A stretch of DNA of 64,000 bases from Octopus vulgaris. Taxonomy: Eukaryota. The stretch is taken from contig OX597822.1 in the NCBI GenBank assembly GCA_951406725.2, positions 930,001 to 994,000 of the forward strand, given 5' to 3'. Position numbers and translations under genes: made by a program. The notes below the pieces were generated by a model that saw nothing but the letters and a program-made list of their open reading frames with translations, did not search any database and was not told where the DNA came from. Shown piece by piece: positions 54,622 through 64,000 of the stretch (position 1 is its first letter; each line of letters starts with the position of its first letter).

Positions 54622-56018
54622 ACACTTTATTAACACTTTAGCCGTCCCAGTTATAAGTTACAGCTACAATATCCTTAACTGGACACTAAATGAACTAACC
54701 AAAATAGATAGGAAAACAAGAAAAATAATGACAGGATCTAGGATGCATCACCCAAATTCTGACTTAGAAAGGCTATATATACAACGTATAGAAGGTGGCA
54801 GAGGCCTTATAAAGCTGGAAAACTACTATAAAATAACCACCACAGGACTGCAAAAATACCTACTTCAGAAGGAAGGAAAACTGATACAAAAAGCGGCAAA
54901 ACACGGGCAAAACGAAAAAACTGTTCCCAGTATTTAAGGAAGCTGACAAATACAAACAAGAAATCATACTACTTAACAAATATGTAGAAGAAGAAGAAGA
55001 AGAAGAAGAAGAAGAAGAAGAAGAAGAAGAAGAAGAAGAAGAAGAAGAAGAAGAAGAAGAAGAAGAAGAAGAAGAAGAAGAAGAAACAACAAAAGCTATA
55101 AAACAAATGAAATCCAAACTAAAACTAGAACAGCAACAGACCATGATAAAACGATGGCAAGAAAAGCCCCTTCATGGCAAGTACTGGACTAAACTAAATG
55201 CAAAAGAAATAGACAAAGAAAAATCCCAGCAGTGGTTGAGAAGCTCAGGACTCAAAGCAGAGACAGAGGGATTTTTAATTGCAGCACAAGACCAAAGCCA
55301 TCCCACCAGAAATTACCAAAAACATGTAATGAAAAGAAATATAACAAGTAACTGCAGAATATGTGGAGATGGACAAGAAACAATAAATAATATTATCTCT
55401 GGCTACCCAGTCCTGGCTAAGAAGGAATATATTCACAGACATGACAGAATTGGGACCTACATACACTGGAAGCTATGCCAACATTATGGAATAACAACAG
55501 AAAAAGATGGTATAAGCACCTGCCAGAAAAGGTCACAGAAAACGAGAAAGCAACCATACTCTGGGATATGTCAATACACACAGATAGAGAAAATAAGGCC
55601 AACAGACCAGATATGGTTGTCAGAGATCATGAAGAAAAAAAAATGCTTTCTAATTTATGTATCAATACCAGCAGATGACAACGTGTCTCTAAAAGAAATC
55701 GAGAAACTTTCAAAATACAAAGACCTGGAAATAGAGGTAACTCGAATGTGGAATCTAAAAACAGAAACAATTCCTATCATAGTAGGTGCATTAGGCATGA
55801 TAAAAAAATATTCAGACAAATACATAACAAAAACACCAGAACTTACAAACACATATAACATACAGAAAATTGCACTACTAGGCACTGCACACATCCTACG
55901 CAGAACACTTTCAATACAGTAACCATCAGAGCATCACAACAATCACAGCACATACCCAAGGCATATAGAGCTGCGCTCGGTAGTGAAGTGAAAGCACGAT
56001 ATAAAAACAAAACTACTG
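54622..56018 (+). mobile_element. 5'-truncated Dong/R4-clade LINE, subfamily A
   Basis: MHHPNSDLERLY...GGRGL, CRICG zinc knuckle, RHD and PD..D endonuclease motifs; frameshifts; (GAA)n expansion 54986-55085; (AAT)n flanks. Confidence 0.85.
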
Positions 56019-56039
56019 AATAATGATGATAATAATGAT

Positions 56040-56587
56040 AAATGCTCTGATGCAGTACCAGTCTGTGGGTCTCATGGCTGCTGATCTTAATTGATTGTAA
56101 GTGCTATCATGTACATTGTTTTGTTTTGGTATAAAAGATGGGCAGCAGCAAATATTCTGCTCAATACCACAGATTTGCTTGTCAGTTGTTTGACCTTAAC
56201 CAATTGACCTTGACCCTTAGTAGCTGATGATATGTGCATCTCTGATCACAAGCAGAAGTAGAGGGGAAGCAGCACAGCCTTGTGTTGAAAGGAATTGGAT
56301 AATTCACCTTTGGAAATATGGGTGGTTCGTTCAACATCCTTAAACAATCTTTATTCAGGGACCTTTTGAGCGGGATGGGCTACTCAATCAGAAAAAAACT
56401 CTAACCTGGTTCCACCTGCAAGGTGATGCGCTATTTATCTTGATATGAGATCACCACGTCACGCACATATGGTTGTGATGCATGCGCCTGGTGTACCCTT
56501 ATCAGACGGGTAGTCATGATGGGTATACTGGGCTTCGTATATTTCACCCCAGTGTCACTTTGATGGCATGCACTGAGCTCTCACTCA
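56040..56587 (+). mobile_element. probable non-LTR 3' UTR or LINE-dependent element inserted in (TAA)n
   Basis: Non-coding 550-bp block lying between TAA arrays and ending directly in (AAT)n, like the neighbouring Dong copies. Confidence 0.4.
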
Positions 56588-56644
56588 ATAATAATAATAA
56601 TAATAATAATATTAATAATAATAATAATAATAATAATGATGATG

Positions 56645-56727
<83 letters not shown>

Positions 56728-56728
56728 C

Positions 56729-58600
56729 AGAAAATATAAACATCAACTATGGAATTTTTCAAGGTGACTCACTTTCACCTTTAATATTCTGCATAGCCCT
56801 AATACTCCTTACAAGTGAATTAAACAGAACAGGGTATGGGTATAAAATTGCCAATAAAAAAATAAGCCATCTATTTTATATGGATGACTTAAAACTCTAT
56901 AGTAAAGACGATAATGAACTTGAAGTCCTATTGCGCACTGTGAAAGCATTCAGCGATGACATCGGGATGGAGTGTGGACTTGAGAAGTGTGCCAAGGCCA
57001 CTTTCCAGAAAGGGAAAGTGAAGACCACAAATTCAGTCGTGTTAGATGTTGACACGGTCATAAGAGAGCTTGAGCAAGAACAAACATACAAATATTTAGG
57101 GATAAATGAAGGCTCTGGTATTCAGCATGCAAGCATGAAAGAGAAGATCAGGAAGGAATGTTATAGGAGAGTTCGTGCAGTCCTGAAATCTGAACTAAAT
57201 GCACGTAACAAGGTGTTAGCTATAAATTCCTTAGCAGTTCCAGTTGTTACTTATAGCTACAATGTGTTGAAATGGAATATGAGTGAAGTAAAGAATATAG
57301 ATAGGAAAATACACAAGCTGCTGAGTTGTAATAGGATGCACCACCCAAAGGCAGACGTAGATCGCCTTTACCTTCTCAGAGCCCAAGGAGGTCGAGGCCT
57401 GATCCAATTTGAACTAGCTTACAAAACAACCACAATTGGACTGGCCAAATATCTCGAAATAACGAATGACTGGATGCTAAAGCACGTGGAAAATCACGAG
57501 AGACGAAAGAAGCTTCATTCTATCATAAAGGAAAGCAAAAGATTTGCTATTGATCTCGTGCAGGATACCCAAACTGAACAACCCGAGGGAAGTACGGCAA
57601 CTATTGTTGCAAAGAAGGTAAAAATAATGGCAACGAAAAAAGCGCACGAGCAATTGGCTGATAGGTGGGAGGAGAAACCTCTGCACGGCAAATATGTGGC
57701 CCGCAGCAAACAAGCTGATGTTGACCAGAAGCAAACCCATCAGTGGCTACGGAGCTCAGGGCTAAAAGCAGAGAGCGAAGGTTTCATCCTGGCTGCTCAA
57801 GGTCAAAGCCTATTAACCCGGAACTACCAGGCCAATGTGATGAAAAATGGAGCAGACCCCAAATGCCGATTCTGCAACGACATGATTGAAACAGTGGACC
57901 ACCTATTCTCTGGATGTAAAGTCTTAGCACCAGGGGAGTATAAATTAAGACATGACAGAGTTGGCCAATATCTACACTGGCTAATTAGTCGGCATTACAA
58001 TATCAAAACTGCCGACAAGTGGTATAATCACCACCCTGAGGCTGTAACTGAAGGAGAAAATGTAACCATTCTGTGGGACTTTCCAGTACATACAGACCGA
58101 ACCATCAAGGCCAATAAACCAGATATTGTTGTGAAAGACCAAAACAATAAAGTTTGCTTATTGATCGACATGAGCATCCCCTGTGATCATAATATCTCAG
58201 CGAAAGAGTTTGACAAGCTCAGAAAATATAAAGACCTACTCATTGAAATTGAGAAAATGTGGCATCTCAAGGCGGTTACAATACCAGTGATCGTAGGAGC
58301 ACTAGGAATGATCAAGAAGGGAACCGAAAATTATATGAGAATGATCCCTGGCTTACCATCCCTGCAAGAAGTGCAAAAGATTGTCTTAACTGGTACATCA
58401 CACGTATTGAGAAGAGCATTATCGATGTGAGAACTGTTGCTGCTCATGTATTTTAACTTAACTTAAAAAAAAATTTAAAAAATGAACGAACTATTGAGTT
58501 TGGTGTAATGGCCTACCAATGTATACTATGAGTTTCTTTGCCCTAGGAGTCGGGAAGACACCCGGCAAGAAATGGAAGCAAATTTGAAAGAAGAAAAAAA
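56729..58600 (+). mobile_element. 5'-truncated Dong/R4-clade LINE, subfamily B
   Basis: Starts in RT (GIFQGDSLSPL, FYMDDLKLY); uninterrupted to the stop at 58430; flanked by (AAT)n. Confidence 0.9.
56880..58430 (+). CDS. partial reverse transcriptase, CCHC knuckle and restriction-like endonuclease (frame open from about 56729, no native start)
   Basis: YMDD, YKYLGI, CRFCNDMIETVDHLFSGC, RHD, NKPDIVV..LIDMSIP, K..KY. Confidence 0.75.
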   Translation: MDDLKLYSKDDNELEVLLRTVKAFSDDIGMECGLEKCAKATFQKGKVKTTNSVVLDVDTVIRELEQEQTYKYLGINEGSGIQHASMKEKIRKECYRRVRAVLKSELNARNKVLAINSLAVPVVTYSYNVLKWNMSEVKNIDRKIHKLLSCNRMHHPKADVDRLYLLRAQGGRGLIQFELAYKTTTIGLAKYLEITNDWMLKHVENHERRKKLHSIIKESKRFAIDLVQDTQTEQPEGSTATIVAKKVKIMATKKAHEQLADRWEEKPLHGKYVARSKQADVDQKQTHQWLRSSGLKAESEGFILAAQGQSLLTRNYQANVMKNGADPKCRFCNDMIETVDHLFSGCKVLAPGEYKLRHDRVGQYLHWLISRHYNIKTADKWYNHHPEAVTEGENVTILWDFPVHTDRTIKANKPDIVVKDQNNKVCLLIDMSIPCDHNISAKEFDKLRKYKDLLIEIEKMWHLKAVTIPVIVGALGMIKKGTENYMRMIPGLPSLQEVQKIVLTGTSHVLRRALSM

Positions 58601-58610
58601 AATAATAATA

Positions 58611-59045
<435 letters not shown>

Positions 59046-59399
59046 AGTAGGGAATATAAATTCAAACTTACAGGGAAAGTTTCAATTTAGGAATTCTAAA
59101 TCAAATTTCACAATATATAATATATTTATATAATTGAGAGAAAAACCTCTATTAAACAATTCAATAGGGAAAGATATTATGGTGTGAATAACGTCTTTCA
59201 CTATTGAATTGATTAATAGAGGTTTTTATCTAAATTATATATGTATATACCACGCATTATACAGTATAATAATAGTGATATCTACATTTTGAAGTAACAG
59301 TAACCAGTTTATTAATATAGAGAATGAGCTTTACGATATGCAATCAAAAGTAGTGTTTAGCTGTTAGCACCTTTATATATATATATATACATACATACA

Positions 59400-59490
<91 letters not shown>

Positions 59491-59572
59491 GTATGTATAT
59501 TTATGTATGTTTATATATGTATGTTTATATATGTATGTGTGTCCGTGTGTGTCTGTGTATGTATTATGTATG

Positions 59573-59603
<31 letters not shown>

Positions 59604-59753
59604 ATATACTTTATTTAAAGCATATTACTCTACCACTGGTATTTGAGTACTCTTTTTTCCACTTTGTTTCACATTTATGTGTTTACTCCGGTATATATAT
59701 ATATATGTATATATTCCTACAAAGTTACATACATGCATACACACGTGCACGCC

Positions 59754-59803
<50 letters not shown>

Positions 59804-60710
59804 CTTATGCATGTGTCATTCTGTGTACGACTGTGTGTATGTGTATATAAGGAGCAGTTTTTCAATCAAAGACGTATTAAAAACACGATTATGTTCACGT
59901 TTGACTCCTCTTCCTTACTTCTTTATGTATGTTCTGAAACAATAACTTTTCTGAAGCAATTTGGTGAAGTTTTGTGCCTGAGCATTCTGCATAAATCGCA
60001 TCGCAATTTCATAACTGATAAAAGGCGGCCAGCTGCCTCACCCCAAATTTCGAGCCTTGTGCCTAGAGTAGAAAAAGATATAGTCCTGTCTCTCTCTAGC
60101 TGTCACATTCTGGATGTTCAGTAAGGACAAGTGCTACAAGTGTTTTTGTCTACTGGTAACTCCCCTGTGATCTGGAAATTTATGGTACATATTACCTTTG
60201 CATATGTGATTGAGAGTAAATGCTATTAGCTATTTGTCTGTCTGTCTGTCTCTTCCTTACAGGAATGCATTGGCAAAGTTGTATATTAGCGTCCATCTTC
60301 GAATCGGCATTTTACTATAATTTATTTGATATGAATCGATTAGTTGCACAGGACCCAATAACTCATATATAACTGAAACACATGTTGGAATCTTATCTGT
60401 TAGAGAATTTTAATAAAGATGTATCGTCCTCCTTTGTTTATTGTCTTTTAAATATACTCTGGAATTTTACATGAAATCTTTCAAAGTCAACTCAAGATTT
60501 ATCAACTGAATGAGAGTACAACTATAATTGTTTGATCTACATGGTTCTTCATGTTTCCTATTGCTCAATATGGTTAGCCATGTTCGGATTTCAACAGACA
60601 GCTCATTAGCCTGGATTTTAATATCCGTATTCCTTTGTGCTAGATATGTGTGTGTGCGTGTGTGTTTACGTGTGTTTGTATCAAATAGTACATTATACAT
60701 AATACCACAA

Positions 60711-60780
<70 letters not shown>

Positions 60781-61194
60781 TATACCGAGACATGGCTGCA
60801 TGGCTAAGAAGATCGCTTTGAGACCATATGTTTTGGTTTCAATCCCACAACGCGTTCTTCGGGAAAGTATTTTCTACTAATTCATTGTGAATGAGTTAGG
60901 TGGAGAGAAACTGCATGGAAAGGTATTGTACATACCTACACACATACACATGTGTGTGTGTGTGTGTATGTACAATACCTGTGTGTGTGTGTATGTGTGT
61001 GTGTGTGTGTGTATGTGTATCAAATAAATTAAAAGCGTGGCTTATCAGCAGTTAGAACCTAAAGGCAAAATTAATAAGTCAAAAAAGGTACTAACTAGTA
61101 CCGCTTTTGCTAAAGATAGGAATTAAAATAACCCCAAAGCCAGAAACGCACTGTTTTAATGATTGGCAAAGGGAGGTAATTCCACAGCGAACAT

Positions 61195-61250
61195 AGCCGT
61201 ATGGCAATTTTGGACTTTGATGTAGACCTTCTTAATCCTCATCAGCAGTT
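61195..61250 (-). ncRNA. hammerhead ribozyme motif, decayed (GAAA>AAAA)
   Basis: Minus strand aactg-CTGATGA-gga...tcc-AAAA-ttgcca-TA-cggct. Confidence 0.5.
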
Positions 61251-61533
61251 CTTAACGCCTAGAGCGAAACTCAACTACCTCTGTTAATCTTATGTAAAAA
61301 AAAAACCGTTGAAGACCTGTGCTGATTTTCAAAACGGTAAAAGTGTATGCAACAAATTAAAAGGGTGGCTTATTAGCAATTAGAACCTAAATGCGAAATT
61401 AATAGAGGTCTCAAAAGTGACAGAGGGAACTAACTAGCACAGATTTTGCTAAAGAAAAGAGTTAAAATAACTCAAAAGCCACAAACATGCTGTCTTAATG
61501 ACTGACAAAGAGGAGTAAGCCCCCAGCGTATAT

Positions 61534-61589
61534 GGCCGGATCGCGATTTCGGATTTAGATGTAGACCATTTTAATCCTCACCAGCTGCT
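61534..61589 (-). ncRNA. hammerhead ribozyme motif, decayed (A6G)
   Basis: Minus strand agcag-CTGGTGA-ggatt...aatcc-GAAA-tcgcga-TC-cggcc; palindromic stem III ATCGCGAT. Confidence 0.6.
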
Positions 61590-61615
61590 CTTAACGCCTA
61601 GGATTAAACTCAGAG

Positions 61616-61669
<54 letters not shown>

Positions 61670-61974
61670 AACACACAATATATATTACAAACTTCTCTGA
61701 TAGAGAGCTTCAGTGTTTTGTTATAATATGTAATAACCATGCAGGAGTCATTGCCGAAATATTCATAATTCAACGTTATACAACAATAGATATTAATATG
61801 CAAACATATGTGTGTGCGGAGCTGGTGTGTGTGTGTGTTTAAGTGTGTGTGTGTGTGTATACTTTCTGTAACTTCACATAAAAAAGTATTTAACTTTGTC
61901 TCCCAAAGTTTAATGAAGCAGATACTATAAAGTGTTCAGTCAACGCTATTATGTATGCTTGCTTGCATGTGATA

Positions 61975-62034
<60 letters not shown>

Positions 62035-62561
62035 TAATACATACACATATATATATATGTATGTTCTCCTTCCCACTCCTAGCTTTCGTTGTCTTTTTCT
62101 ATCTCAGTTGATCAAACGCAACGTTACACCAACGCAAATGCCCAAATATGTATATGCACAAAAGCACATTTGTTCACTAATGTCACCGCATATGCAGCAG
62201 TGACGCCGAAAAATATATAAATTACAGACATATATATATATATATTGCCCATCTGATATATTCAACTAACGAAGGCAGAGCTTATTTGAAGCAAAGCTAG
62301 AAATCCAGGATCTTGAATTATTCACTAATATCTTTTTGCCAGTTTATTTTGTCTCTCTGTCTTATCTCATGGTGCGATGTGAACATTTAAGGTGGTTTCT
62401 AGAGTCAGGGATTTGACTGCTATTTCGGAATGGTGGTGTCTCTCAGATACTCTTATTTACAGTTGTAAAAAATTATTACCTTTGTATGGTATTTATTCCC
62501 ATGCTGGCCACTTGATAGTATCGATATTTAAATATCGATATTATCCTTATTATAAATATAT

Positions 62562-62676
<115 letters not shown>

Positions 62677-62689
62677 AATACACTTCCAT

Positions 62690-63166
62690 TCACTTTAAAT
62701 GTCTCACTAAAGCATTCTTTAAAGTTGTAGAATCTAATTTCCCACGTAACCACAACCACCATTCTATCTTTAACAGATTCAACAGATTCACTTTGAAATT
62801 ATCCTAATCATCTACACCAAATATAGAATCTATTATTACCTCATGTAACAAACGTAAACCTAGCTCTTACTATCTAAATGCATAAACCCTACCATAGACC
62901 TTACACAATGAAAACACTAACACTGATCGCAATGGTGTATCTAATACTCTTGGCCAGACCAATTTAAACAACTTCAACATACGTAATTACCCACGTCGGA
63001 GGGTAATGGGCGCACGGCTGAAACCGACGCAACCACTAATAGGCATACTGATACTAACAATACTAATCATATAATCACTACAAGAAAAAATTCCTATACT
63101 TCAACTACTAATAGGACTAGCAATAATATTGATACTAGCACCAACGGCAATATTACCATTACTGAA

Positions 63167-63234
<68 letters not shown>

Positions 63235-63351
63235 ATAACTACTACTACTACATAGCTACTAGTTGTTGCAATAATAACATCACCTCCACTACCACTGCTA
63301 ATATTAACACTACTACCAACTCAATGCTGCTACTGCCGCTGCCGCTGCTGT

Positions 63352-63382
<31 letters not shown>

Positions 63383-63383
63383 G

Positions 63384-63449
<66 letters not shown>

Positions 63450-64000
63450 TTTATTATTATTATTATTATTATTATAGAGATATCGATAACGGTTATGACG
63501 ATAATTATAGCAATGGTAATACTGGCGTTGATATTAATACTACAAATGACGACAATAATAACAGCAAAATCACGAACGATTTACCTAATACTACCCCAGC
63601 CACTACCAGCAACACCTCATCTCTCTCCCCAAGTAACCATCGTAGAATTGATAGCTGCAACTATAGATCTGGGACAGACTGCTCGCTGCAAGCCCAATGC
63701 AGAAGATTCAATGTCGTATACCAATGCACCGTTCACAACATAGCAAATAACTCCTATAGCTACTACATTGGATCTAACTCAAATTTTAAACAAAGATATT
63801 ATGCACATTTAAACACCTTTAAATATAAAGAGAATAATCATTTTCGCATCACTAGCCAGCCATGTACACCATTTAATTAATAGAAGAATACAATATAGAC
63901 TTTCCTGGTCTATAATAGACTTTGGTATCCCATATCAGGGCCAGCACTCCATTTGTGGACTCTGCTTAAACGCAGCCCTCAAAAAATTTAACCCACTACT
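62690..64000 (+). pseudogene. Penelope-like element (Neptune-type) RT thumb, linker and GIY-YIG endonuclease, decayed, running off the window
   Basis: FFKVVESNFPRNH..FNRFTLKLS*SSTPNIESIITSCNK; then CNYR...CSLQAQC..NVVYQCTV...YYIGS..FKQRYYAH...SWSII...CGLCL at 63655-63975. Confidence 0.8.

Larger units (their letters stand above)
61021..61615 (-). repeat. about 335-bp tandem repeat (1.8 copies), each carrying a hammerhead motif; retrozyme-like
   Basis: Unit starts near 61021 and 61350; hammerhead motifs 339 bp apart. Confidence 0.75.

Overview
AT-rich, microsatellite-dense eukaryotic DNA made up almost entirely of transposable elements. The repeat content (tRNA-derived SINEs, RTE and Dong/R4 LINEs, Penelope-like remnants, Tc1/mariner and Tigger fossils) resembles octopus (coleoid cephalopod) intronic or intergenic sequence; this taxonomic call is an inference. 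I could not support any host protein-coding exon, and most ORFs in the track are translated microsatellites. Two systems stand out. (1) 12077-18760 holds three diverged, head-to-tail, ORF1-only elements (RRM-like region plus CCHC knuckle, no reverse transcriptase) resembling L1/Tx1 ORF1. All three sit at the same 16-bp site in the tRNA-derived head of one SINE and share a conserved 3' hairpin with a possible pseudoknot. (2) About a dozen minimal type I hammerhead ribozyme motifs from several families, some with core variants, lie in Penelope-type inverted-repeat remnants and in retrozyme-like tandem repeats (61021-61615, possibly 20120-20470). A cluster of (TAA)n-targeted Dong/R4 LINEs, a TTAGGG-containing MITE, Helitron ends and a zero-spacer 87-bp-arm palindrome are also present. 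All structures were folded by eye and coordinates of degenerate elements are approximate.
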